Of a stretch of 64,000 bases of DNA, positions 18,901 through 27,092 are shown piece by piece. The position numbers were made by a program, and so were the translations under genes. Within the stretch, counting starts at the first letter, position 1; every line of letters begins with the position of its first letter. The notes beneath the pieces are model-generated. The model had not been told where the DNA came from and made no database searches. It was given only the letters and a program-made list of their open reading frames with translations. This stretch comes from Verrucomicrobiaceae bacterium (GTDB lineage Bacteria; Verrucomicrobiota; Verrucomicrobiia; Chthoniobacterales; Chthoniobacteraceae), in NCBI GenBank assembly GCA_031374705.1, contig JANMGP010000353.1, positions 11,099 to 75,098 on the forward strand, in the 5' to 3' direction.

Positions 18901-21900
18901 CCACCACGAGTTCGCCCGAAAGCAGGCTGGATGTGGGAGTCGGCGGCCTCACGCTGGCCAATGGTATCGTCAATTTGAACTCCGCTGCCGGCGTGGCTTC
19001 AGCGACTTCCGTCGGCAGCATCGTGCGCCTCAGTGGAAACGTTGTATCCACTGGAAATTCAAGGTTCGCCAACGTCAAACCGGCGGTCATGACCGTGGCC
19101 AAAGCGCAGATCGATCTCCGTGGTGCGAACCGGACTTTCGATGTCGCCGGCACGCTCGATATCGGATCACCGGCTTCTCTCCTTGTCGTGATTAACGGCA
19201 TTGCCGGCTCGCCCGCAGGCATCGTAAAGACCGGCCCGGGAAACCTCGTCCTGCCAGGCATACACACATACGACGGTCCGACTACCGTAAACGGCGGGAC
19301 GTTTACATTCGACGGGACTCTCGCGACCTCGAGTGTTGCAATTGGCAGTGGCGCGACGTTCGCGGGACGTGGTTCAATCGCGGGCTCGCTGACTGTTGGC
19401 AACGGCGCGACGATTTCGCCCGGCCTCAGCAATCAGGGCGGCATTACCGTTCCTTCGCTCACGGTTGGTGCGGGCTCCGCCGATACCGCGACTTTCAATC
19501 TCAGTCGCGGGAGTTCGCCGGCCATCATCACTGTCACGACGCCGGATGCGTTCGTCGTGAACGGTGGAGCGAATACTGTGACGGTAAATCTTGTCGGGTC
19601 GAATCCCGGCATCGGCCAGCACATACTCATCGACTACCAGGGAACATTGGGCGGCACCGGCGTTTCGGCGTTCAAACTCGGAACGATTCCATCCCGCATT
19701 TCGTCTGCGACTATTATCAATGACACGGTGAACTCCGCGATTGTTTTGGACATCACGGCAAGCGCATTGCCCGTTTGGTCGGGTGCGTGGAGCAATGAAT
19801 GGAGCCTCCGCACGCTTTCTGCACCGAAGAACTGGGTGCTCTCCTCGGCTCCCGGAACCACCACGGATTTTCTCTCGATGGACGACGTGGTTTTTGATGA
19901 CTCGGCACCGGCGACTGCGACCAGTGTGGACATCAGCGTGGAAGATGTGAACCCGACGAGCACGCATTTCAATAATACGGTTCGCAATTACACCATTGGC
20001 GGCTCGAATGCCATCTCGGGCACCGGCGAGATCATCAAAGACGGCACCGGAAGGGTGACGATAGCCACATCCAATACTTTTACCGGGCGTGTTCAGCTCA
20101 ATGCGGGGACGCTCAGTGTCGCGGCTGTGGGGAATGCCGGTGCCGCCAGCCCGCTCGGCGCCGGGTCCACCTTGGGATTTAATGGAGGCACTTTCGAGTA
20201 CACAGGTCCGCTTGGGAGCACGGACCGCGGGATTGATATCGGGACCAATGGAGGAACGCTGAAGACTGACGCGGACTTGACTCTGGCCGGCATCGTTGCG
20301 GGAACCGGAGCACTGATCAAACGAGGAACGGGCGGTATCACTCTCGGCGCTGCCAATCCTAATTTCAACGGCGGTCTTGTGATTCAGCAAGGCACTGTCC
20401 GATTTGGCGGCGGCGATGCAACAGGGGGGGCCACCCAGTCAATCACGCTCGACGGCGGCACTCTGGAGTTTACCGGAACTACGCAGGTCACGCTCGCCGC
20501 TGCGAGTCTTGCGACGACCGCTGCGGGCGGGACTGTCCTTGTTCCAAACGGGACCTCTGCCGCGGCGGACGGCTTCCAGATTAACCGGGCGAACACACTC
20601 AGTGGTGCCGGTTCCATCACCAAGGAGGGCCAAGGCACGTTGCGAATCGCGGCATCAAATCCCGGTTTTTCCGGGAACTGGAGTGTGCGCGGCGGCGCAC
20701 TCGAGGGGCAGTTCGCCGACTCGCTCGGCAGTGGAAAAATCACGCTGGAACCCGGCGCGACGCTCGTGTCTCAGAGCAAGGCAGCACCTGCTTCATTCCT
20801 TTTGAATAATGACGTTATCCTCAATGGCGGCACCTTGCAGGCGCGCTCCGGCGATTTTGGCGGGTTCGCCGGAGTCATCACCGTCGCGGCACCGTCCACT
20901 GTGATGTTGAGAAGCTTCACATCTCCGGGAACTTCGGGGGACGTGACCTTTGGCGGGCCGATTCAGGGAAGTTCGACGCTCACCGTGGCGGGCAATAATC
21001 CGCAGACTCCGGCATCGCAGACGGTTCACGCGCTGAGACTCTCGAACCCTGCCACCACATTTAGCGGAACGTTTGCTGTCAGCGGCGGACAGGCGCTGCT
21101 CAGCGCACCGCCAACCAGTGGCAACACGCTCGGTACCGCGACGATCTCTCTCACGGAATCCGCGCTGGCCGTTTTTGACAACGGGACGGGGAATAACGGA
21201 ACGCTGCCTTACGGAAACAATATCATCGTGAACGGAACGACCGCGGCGTCGGTCATTCAGGTCGATCATGTAACCGCAAACACCGGCAATATTTTCCAAT
21301 TTGGAGCGCTGAACGTGGCATCCGGCGGACTCGCGGTGACAGGGTTCAGCGGCTACGGCGTCGAGTTCAGCGGTTCGGCGACCTTTGCGCCGAGTGTGAC
21401 GGTGATCGCCCAGAGTGCCGACATTTCGCTGAAAGGTTCGATCACGGGCGGCGGGGGGATTTTCAAAACAGGTCCGAACCGCCTTTCGTTCGGAGGTGCG
21501 GCTGCCTTCGGCGGTAATGTTGATGTGCGGAACGGCACGCTAGCCGTCAATTCCACACTTTCAGGGAATATCGTGGTGAACGGCTCGCTTGGTGCCGCCT
21601 TCCTTGCAGGCACGGGGGCGATTGCCGGGAATGTGAATGTCACGGCGGCGACCGGTGGTATCGCGCCTGGAAACAATGGAGCCGGGATACTGAGTGTGGG
21701 CGGCAACGTCGCGTTGTTTTCTGCATCTTCGTTCAACGTTGATGTCTCCCACAACTCCGGCGGGACTCCCCTTGCCGGGACAGACTACGACCGGCTCAAT
21801 GTTGGGACAGGCGGAGTAGTCGTGAGCACCGGCTCGGTGGACCTCGCGGGCGCGAATCTGAATATTTCAACGGGCATCGGGTTTCTGCCGAATGACCTCT

Positions 21901-22139
21901 TCTTCATCATCGTCAACGACGGCGCGGACATCGTCACTGGCACATTCGGAAACATTCCGGCACCTGGGATTCCGTTCGTCGTAAACGGGCTCAATTTCGA
22001 GATCAGCTACGATGCGGATTCGGCTGCGGGAACGTTCCACGGGGGGAACGATGTTGCCCTGCTGGTTCCAGAGCCCGGCAGTGCTGCGCTGTTCCTCGGC
22101 GGACTTGCGATGGTCGCATCACGTCGCCGCGGGAGGTGA
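15912..22139 (+). CDS. giant surface protein built of autotransporter-associated beta-strand repeats, with a PEP-CTERM sorting signal
   Basis: ORF 15828..22139 trimmed to ATG 15912 (MNHAFHLSRRRARFLSVGIASLIAASGAAHAQ, a signal peptide). There are dozens of G-T-L-x-L / NTYTG / GAG-L-K-G-GT repeats. The C-terminus VPEPGSAALFLGGLAMVASRRRGR is PEP motif + TM + Arg cluster. A ~640-aa module is duplicated internally (about 16360-18270 versus 18500-20340). Confidence 0.9.
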   Translation: MNHAFHLSRRRARFLSVGIASLIAASGAAHAQTFTWSGAGGSGSWAAGANWGGPAPDGGGDDILQFGGTTQLATSNDLINWSGTQLQFLAGAGIFTIAGSPITVEGSGGAAGILDSASTNTATITAVLAGAGGIRKSGTGTIILGGAAANTYAGTLIVDGGRITLGKSAGNAVTGDLIVNTGASVIYATNAGNTGLVTNQIADTANITVSGGAFGDYPAQGTNPTNTGATETAANLSVSAGTFSTGRAVFTLTSAVTVSGGLAYAHRGGTITATSVTVSGPGSIGMDGGSTTAANYSRITVGAGGLTLNDGNINFNVIRGTSTAGTSVGSVLTLNGNVVSTGVSAFNRFHTELTVGLARVDLGGGIRTFDVAGTLTSGTTAAPVIFNNGGLNKAGAGALVLPGAQTYTGATTITTGTLQATGSMLSPVTVSGGIYALSGSTTTATTVNAGTFNLTGTAAAVNINNGGVLTGNGSISGVLTAAVGSILNPGANGAGILTANSLSFSGSAALNVTTASSITIGGANQFFVNGGANSVTIHIGGAAVVGTYPLFDYAGAILGTGAGFNAFTLGNLPRRVIASLVDNSGATRVDVSVTGIDVPEWTGLAGTEWSTSLIANPKNWRTRISGTPDDFVTADPVAFTDLPGSNQIVDISVADVSPVSVSFENSARDYTITGTHGIAGATSVVKSGAASVTISNTNSFTGNFTINAGTVRVAAISAAGSSGSLGSGNDIVFGGGTLEFTSPAGATNRGVVLNGTGGSVRTAAGNSLTLSGAISGSGTLTKVGAGTVIISNSNNTFAATKVDEGVLQLGDGGATGTFGSGIVTNNALVAYDIEGAVPTVITGPGRLEKRGTTTTTITGATANTYTGLTTIVAGTLIAGKTAGIDAISGDLQVGSGAFFRFAGNNTSNQIADTSSVTVNGGTFGDVTAVGVNPTNPGAAETVANFTLNGGNFSTGRATFTTTGLFKVTGGVALAHRGGIISAHAAEVSGGSIDLDGTTTSSPESRLDVGVGGLTLANGIVNLNSAAGVASATSVGSIVRLSGNVVSTGNSRFANVKPAVMTVAKAQIDLRGANRTFDVAGTLDIGSPASLLVVINGIAGSPAGIVKTGPGNLVLPGIHTYDGPTTVNGGTFTFDGTLATSSVAIGSGATFAGRGSIAGSLTVGNGATISPGLSNQGGITVPSLTVGAGSADTATFNLSRGSSPAIITVTTPDAFVVNGGANTVTVNLVGSNPGIGQHILIDYQGTLGGTGVSAFKLGTIPSRISSATIINDTVNSAIVLDITASALPVWSGAWSNEWSLRTLSAPKNWVLSSAPGTTTDFLSMDDVVFDDSAPATATSVDISVEDVNPTSTHFNNTVRNYTIGGSNAISGTGEIIKDGTGRVTIATSNTFTGRVQLNAGTLSVAAVGNAGAASPLGAGSTLGFNGGTFEYTGPLGSTDRGIDIGTNGGTLKTDADLTLAGIVAGTGALIKRGTGGITLGAANPNFNGGLVIQQGTVRFGGGDATGGATQSITLDGGTLEFTGTTQVTLAAASLATTAAGGTVLVPNGTSAAADGFQINRANTLSGAGSITKEGQGTLRIAASNPGFSGNWSVRGGALEGQFADSLGSGKITLEPGATLVSQSKAAPASFLLNNDVILNGGTLQARSGDFGGFAGVITVAAPSTVMLRSFTSPGTSGDVTFGGPIQGSSTLTVAGNNPQTPASQTVHALRLSNPATTFSGTFAVSGGQALLSAPPTSGNTLGTATISLTESALAVFDNGTGNNGTLPYGNNIIVNGTTAASVIQVDHVTANTGNIFQFGALNVASGGLAVTGFSGYGVEFSGSATFAPSVTVIAQSADISLKGSITGGGGIFKTGPNRLSFGGAAAFGGNVDVRNGTLAVNSTLSGNIVVNGSLGAAFLAGTGAIAGNVNVTAATGGIAPGNNGAGILSVGGNVALFSASSFNVDVSHNSGGTPLAGTDYDRLNVGTGGVVVSTGSVDLAGANLNISTGIGFLPNDLFFIIVNDGADIVTGTFGNIPAPGIPFVVNGLNFEISYDADSAAGTFHGGNDVALLVPEPGSAALFLGGLAMVASRRRGR

Positions 22140-22250
22140 TGTACGGCGGATCAAGCCTGAGCACGACAATGTTACAACGGCCATGCCAAATCCAAACAGC
22201 GGACGCGACCCGCGCTGCGGATTTTTGTAACCCGTGACAGCAAGGATCTT

Positions 22251-22293
22251 GGAAAAGCAAAACCGCCGCCTGCGTTTGACACAGGCGGCGGTT
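22251..22293 (-). terminator. intrinsic terminator of the DUF1501 gene
   Basis: Perfect 12-bp stem AACCGCCGCCTG / CAGGCGGCGGTT (22261-72 / 22282-93) with a 9-nt loop. On the minus strand it is followed by UUUUGCUUUUCC. Confidence 0.8.
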
Positions 22294-22316
22294 GCGAAAG
22301 TGCTACGGGGTGCTCT

Positions 22317-23642
22317 TTAGGCGAGCATTTCCTTCACGACCTGGCCGCCGCGAACGATGTCGATTGGGCGGTTGCCGGGTGCCATGAGGCGCTTGTCGGG
22401 ATTGATGCCGAGGCAGCGATACACGGTGGCCGCCATGTTCTCCACCGTCAGTGGATCGTCGGCGGGCTCGGAGCCTGTCGGGTCCGAAGATCCATAGACG
22501 AGGCCTTTTTTGAAGCCGCCGCCTGCGAATGCGACCGAGAAGACTTTTGGCCAGTGATCGCGGCCTGCGTCACGGTTGATTTTCGGAGTGCGCCCGAATT
22601 CCGAGCTGACCATGACGAGCGTCTTGTCGAGCATGCCACGGCGTTCAAGGTCGGTGATGAGGGCCGCATAGGCCTGGTCGAACTTCGGCACTTGGTTCTC
22701 GATGCCTTTGGCGATGCCGGCGTGCATGTCCCATCCGCCATAGGTCAGCGAGACAAGGCGGACGCCGCTTTCCACGAGGCGGCGTGCCATGAGCATGCGC
22801 TGGCCGGCGTCGCTGTTGCCGTATTCGTTGCGGATGGACTCAGGCTCGGCGCTCAAGTTGAACGCTTCGCGCGCCTGTTGCGAGGAGACGAGCGAGTAAG
22901 CGGCCTGGTAGAAGCTATCCATAGCGCTCAACGAGTCGCTTTTCTCCAGCGTGCGGAAATGCTCGTCCACTGCGCCGAGCATGTTCCGGCGTCGGTCAAA
23001 ACGCTCCTGCGTAATGCCGCTGTGCATATTCAGGTCGCGTACCGAGAAGCCTTTGTTCGCGGGGTCCCCGCCGAGGCTGAACGGGCCGAAAGCACTGCTG
23101 AGGTAGCCGGTCGCTGCGAATTCGTTCGGAACGTTCGGGACGCAGACGTAAGGCGGCAGGTTGTTGCGGCTGCCTAGTTCGTGAGATACGACGGCTCCGA
23201 TACTCGGATATTGAATGGCGGGCGACGGGCGATAACCGGTGAACATGTTGTGCGTTCCACGTTCGTGGGCGGCTTCACCATGCGTCATCGAACGGACGAT
23301 CGTTAGGCGGTCGGCGATTTTCGCGGTGTTCTTGAGATACTGCGAGAATTTCACGCCAGGGATCGCGGTATCGACCGTGCCGAGCGGGCCGCGGTATTCG
23401 ATCGGAGCGAGCGGTTTTGGGTCCCATGTTTCCTGATGCGCACATCCGCCTGGAAGGAAGATGTGAATCAGTGACTGTGCGGTCGCCTCGAATTTTTCGG
23501 TCTCATTGGCCTGAAGACGAAAGAGGTCGCCCATGGTGAGGCCGAGGCCGCCGACAAGGCCGGCATACATGAATTCGCGCCGGCTCACTTTCTTGAAATG
23601 GGATGGATCGTCGTGCCAGGTAACGGGTTTGATGTCGCTCAT
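22317..23642 (-). CDS. DUF1501 domain protein (sulfatase-like fold, Tat-type signal)
   Basis: ORF 22317..23801 trimmed to ATG 23642 (MSDIKPVTWHDDPSHFKKVSRREFMYAGLVGGLGL). Characteristic C-terminal SSEFGRTPKINRDAGRDHW motif. Confidence 0.8.
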   Translation of the reverse strand: MSDIKPVTWHDDPSHFKKVSRREFMYAGLVGGLGLTMGDLFRLQANETEKFEATAQSLIHIFLPGGCAHQETWDPKPLAPIEYRGPLGTVDTAIPGVKFSQYLKNTAKIADRLTIVRSMTHGEAAHERGTHNMFTGYRPSPAIQYPSIGAVVSHELGSRNNLPPYVCVPNVPNEFAATGYLSSAFGPFSLGGDPANKGFSVRDLNMHSGITQERFDRRRNMLGAVDEHFRTLEKSDSLSAMDSFYQAAYSLVSSQQAREAFNLSAEPESIRNEYGNSDAGQRMLMARRLVESGVRLVSLTYGGWDMHAGIAKGIENQVPKFDQAYAALITDLERRGMLDKTLVMVSSEFGRTPKINRDAGRDHWPKVFSVAFAGGGFKKGLVYGSSDPTGSEPADDPLTVENMAATVYRCLGINPDKRLMAPGNRPIDIVRGGQVVKEMLA

Positions 23643-23706
23643 ATGTTTGGTTTTGTCGTGGTTGATTTGTGGTTCGCTTTTCGGTGGAAACGCTCGGATT
23701 AGACAC

Positions 23707-23762
23707 CTGACGTCCGCCGGGAAAGCCAGCGGTGAGCTGGAAGGTTTCCCGGCGGATGTCAG
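23707..23762 (-). other. long nested hairpin between the TPR gene and the DUF1501 gene
   Basis: CTGACgTCCGCCGGGAAA (23707-24) pairs with TTTCCCGGCGGAtGTCAG (23745-62): 17 bp with one G.T. An inner stem CCAGC/GCTGG caps the loop. No U-tract follows on either strand. Confidence 0.5.
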
Positions 23763-23863
23763 ATCGCCGTAATCGTGATACGTCCGCGTGATTACCCGCA
23801 ATCAGAGCGAATGTTTAGGAAAAATCACGGTATTTTTCGCAGGAGCCTGCACCCGTGAGTCCG

Positions 23864-25840
23864 CTATTTTTCAGCGTCCGCGATCTTTTTTGCGAGCTTG
23901 TCCTGAATGTCGGACTCGAGCTTAAGCGCTTTTTTCCACAGCTTCAGCGCTTCATCGCGTTTGCCAAGTTTGTCGAGCGTGTCGGCGAGATGGTCATAGA
24001 CGGTGGCGTCTTCCTCGGCCCCCATCAGCTCGATCGCCCGCGAGAGTTCCTTCGTCGCCTCCTCAAATTTCCCCGATTTGAAATACCACCAGCCGAGGCT
24101 GTCGAGGTATGCGGCGTTTTCCGGGGCGATCTCGAGGGCCTTCTTGATCAGCGTGCCGGCCTCTTCGAGATGCTCGCCGCGGTCAGCCCACATGTAGCCG
24201 AGATAGTTGTAGGCTTCGGGCGCATCGGGCTTCAAATCGATGCATTTTTTGAGCAGTTCCGCCGCCTTGTCGAACTCGCCAGCCTGCTCCGCGGCGGCAC
24301 CGTACTGAAAAAAGAACGCCTCGCCTGCGAGTTCCTCGTTCCGCCCTTTCATCTCCTTTTGGGCTGCGGCAAACATGTCGAGCGCGAGCTGATGTTTCTT
24401 CGCGAGAGACAGCGACCGGGCGAGGAAGAAAGTGACGTCCGGGCGCTCCGGGAATTTCTCGCGTGCAGCCTGCATCGTCGCCACTGCGCGGTCGAATCGC
24501 TTGGAGCGAATGAGCATCTCGGCGAGGCTGATGTGGTTGTCCGGCTTGGCCAGATCGAGCGCAAGCGAGCGCTGATAGTAATCGAGCGCCTTGTCCTTCT
24601 GACCCAACTGGTCATAGACTTCCGCGAGCATCATCCCGAGGTCGTTGCGACTGGGATTGTCCGTCACGAGGCGCTCAAGCATCGGCAGCGCCTCGGCTCT
24701 GCGGCCATCGACGACGAGTGCGGTCGCGAGCTTTTCGTTAAGATTTTCGAGCGATGGATGATTCGCCGGTTGCTTCAGCGCCTTGGCCTGTTCGAAGTAT
24801 TGGATCGCGCTTTTGTGGTCCCGGAGCAGCGCAAAATAGTCGCCAAACTGTGCCAGCGCCGCCGCGCTTTGCGGGGTGATTTCCAGGGCCTTTCGATAGG
24901 CGGTCTCAATGCGTTTCTTCTCCTCGTCCCCCGGCAGCTTGCGGTTCTCCAGGCCGCAGTCCTTCCGGAGAAAAAGCGCGAGCTCCAGCCAGAAATCCGC
25001 GTCCCGTGCGGGGCTCTTCATCGCGCGCTCAATAAGTTCGGCAGTCTTCTTCCCTGAGCCATCGGCGGCAGAGAAATCGAGCAGCGCCTTCCAGGCGGGG
25101 AAATAATCCGGGGCCAGCTCCAGCGCCTTCTCCGCATACTGCCGGGCGAGGTCGCTCTTGTTCAGGTGGTCCGCGTAGATCCTTGCCAGGTAAATGTGCG
25201 TCTTCGGCTCCTTTGGTGATGCCGCGATGGAGTCCTTGATGACCTCAATCGCCGCCGTCGGGTCGTTCGTTTTCAGCAACTCCCTCGCGACCATGATCGC
25301 AAGCCGCGGGTCCGCAGGGTCGAGCGCGGATGCTTTTCTGAATCCCTTCAGCGCCTTATCAGCGTTCCCTCGTTCCAACTGAAACTCCGCCTCGGCGTAT
25401 GCGGCGATCGCAGCCGCGCGGTTTTCGTCAGTTTGATTCGGAAGGAGGTCAGGAGGTGCGGGCCGGTATTCCGAGGGCCATGCATCGGCATACCTCGCGC
25501 CGTAATGCTTGGATTCTTCGGCCGGCGCTGCGGGCGGCGTGGACACGGGCTCGCCGGATGGCGCGGCAGGCTTTACCGGAGATTTCTTCGCGGGATCCGC
25601 GACATCGGGGCCTTCGTAAAGGTCGTCGCTCGCAGGCGGACGTTCCCCGGCGGGAGGCTTGGCCGGTTTGGTCTCCGGCTTGGCTTTTTCCCGTGCGGGC
25701 GATTTGGGTGTGGTGGATGGTTTCTTCGATTGAGCTTTCGCCTCAAAGAACAGACTTCCCGCGGCGAGAATCACCGCGGCCCACAAACCGGCACCGTATT
25801 TCCGCGAGGTGCGGAGCGTGGTAAACCGGATGCGTTTCAT
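23864..25840 (-). CDS. TPR-repeat protein with N-terminal membrane anchor/signal and Pro-rich spacer
   Basis: MKRIRFTTLRTSRKYGAGLWAAVILAAGSLFFEA. Pro/Lys-rich region of about 100 aa. More than 10 TPR-like 34-aa repeats (A..Y.KAL.L.P...A...LG motifs). Confidence 0.8.
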   Translation of the reverse strand: MKRIRFTTLRTSRKYGAGLWAAVILAAGSLFFEAKAQSKKPSTTPKSPAREKAKPETKPAKPPAGERPPASDDLYEGPDVADPAKKSPVKPAAPSGEPVSTPPAAPAEESKHYGARYADAWPSEYRPAPPDLLPNQTDENRAAAIAAYAEAEFQLERGNADKALKGFRKASALDPADPRLAIMVARELLKTNDPTAAIEVIKDSIAASPKEPKTHIYLARIYADHLNKSDLARQYAEKALELAPDYFPAWKALLDFSAADGSGKKTAELIERAMKSPARDADFWLELALFLRKDCGLENRKLPGDEEKKRIETAYRKALEITPQSAAALAQFGDYFALLRDHKSAIQYFEQAKALKQPANHPSLENLNEKLATALVVDGRRAEALPMLERLVTDNPSRNDLGMMLAEVYDQLGQKDKALDYYQRSLALDLAKPDNHISLAEMLIRSKRFDRAVATMQAAREKFPERPDVTFFLARSLSLAKKHQLALDMFAAAQKEMKGRNEELAGEAFFFQYGAAAEQAGEFDKAAELLKKCIDLKPDAPEAYNYLGYMWADRGEHLEEAGTLIKKALEIAPENAAYLDSLGWWYFKSGKFEEATKELSRAIELMGAEEDATVYDHLADTLDKLGKRDEALKLWKKALKLESDIQDKLAKKIADAEK

Positions 25841-25856
25841 ACGCCGAAGCTAGCGC

Positions 25857-25961
25857 CTAGCTCTTGTAACGCAAACGCTTCTTGTGGCGGTTCAGTTTCA
25901 TCCGCTTCTTGCGTTTGTGTCGGTTGATTTTCGATTTCCGGCGCTTTTTGATGCTACCCAT
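25857..25961 (-). CDS. 34-aa highly basic protein, bS22 / AURKAIP1-COX24-like small ribosomal protein (below the ORF-track size cutoff)
   Basis: My translation of the minus strand is ATG(25961)...TAG(25857) = MGSIKKRRKSKINRHKRKKRMKLNRHKKRLRYKS. It follows the MGS-x-KKRR-x-K-x(3)-HKRKKR pattern of mycobacterial bS22 and the bacterial AURKAIP1/COX24-domain mini-proteins. It sits 16 nt upstream of the TPR gene. Confidence 0.65.
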   Translation of the reverse strand: MGSIKKRRKSKINRHKRKKRMKLNRHKKRLRYKS

Positions 25962-26071
25962 GCTTAGTAATACTTTTGTGGTGAGGTTTTAAAGTGGACG
26001 CGGAGGAAAGCAGGCACACCGCCATGCGGCAAATGTTTTCTCTCTGTTCCGGCGAAAATCGGTGGACTGAC

Positions 26072-26956
26072 TCAGTAAACGACCTTGTTCAGCGGGTATT
26101 CGATGATGCCCTCGGCCCCTAATTCCTTCAGGCTTGGGATGATTTCGCGCACAATCTTCTCGTCCATAATCGTCTCCACCGCCACCCAGCCCGGCTCCGT
26201 GAGCTTCGAGATCGTCGGACGGCGCAGTGCGGGCAGTGCTTTTAAAAGACCGTCCAGGTTTGCCTCTGGGAGGTTCATCTTCAGGCCCACCTTGTCTCGC
26301 GCGGCGAGTGCGCCTTTGAGCAAAAGGATCAGCCGTTCGATTTTTGCGCGCTTCCAATCGTCCGCATATGCTTCCTTGTTCGCAACGAATACCGGCACGC
26401 TCTCCATTAGCGTCTCTACGATGCGCAGTTTATTCGCCCGCAGCGATGACCCCGTCTCCGTCACGTCCACAATCGCATCCACCAAATCCGGCACCTTCAC
26501 CTCCGTCGCGCCCCACGAAAACTCCACCTCCGCCTTCACTCCATGCTTTGCGAGGAAAGCCCGCGTCATCTCCACCGCTTCCGTGGCGATCAGTTTTCCT
26601 TCGAGGTCCTTCACCGATTTGATCGGCGAATCCTCAGGCACAGCCAGCACCCAGCGGGTCGGTTGCGCGCTTGTCTTGCTAAAAGTGAACTCGCCCAGTC
26701 GCACGACATCGCTCCCGTTATTCTCGATCCAATCGCGCCCCGTCAGTCCGCAGTCCAGATAGCCGTGCTCCACGTAGCGGCTGATTTCCTGCGCCCGCAG
26801 CAAGCGGATCGTCAGTTCCGGATCATCCACAGACGGCTTGTAACTCCGGCTCGAAACCGAAATCGAAAAGCCCGCCTTGGCAAAAAGCGCAATAGTCGGC
26901 TCCTGCAAGCTGCCCGACGGCAACCCCACACGGAGCATGCGTGTATTATCTTCCAT
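26072..26956 (-). CDS. hisG: ATP phosphoribosyltransferase, long form
   Basis: [51 protein letters not shown], and a C-terminal regulatory domain. 294 aa. The start could instead be the M at residue 7. Confidence 0.9.
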   Translation of the reverse strand: MEDNTRMLRVGLPSGSLQEPTIALFAKAGFSISVSSRSYKPSVDDPELTIRLLRAQEISRYVEHGYLDCGLTGRDWIENNGSDVVRLGEFTFSKTSAQPTRWVLAVPEDSPIKSVKDLEGKLIATEAVEMTRAFLAKHGVKAEVEFSWGATEVKVPDLVDAIVDVTETGSSLRANKLRIVETLMESVPVFVANKEAYADDWKRAKIERLILLLKGALAARDKVGLKMNLPEANLDGLLKALPALRRPTISKLTEPGWVAVETIMDEKIVREIIPSLKELGAEGIIEYPLNKVVY

Positions 26957-27092
26957 AAGGGCGGCGGGTTCTAGGGACGGACACGCCGATTGGCGAGGAA
27001 AGAAAGCGGCGAAATCGACCGCCAGGTGTGATTAATTAATTACTGCCTGAACTGCCCCAATGGCGTATGGTTTGTAGTAATTCCGTCTAACA

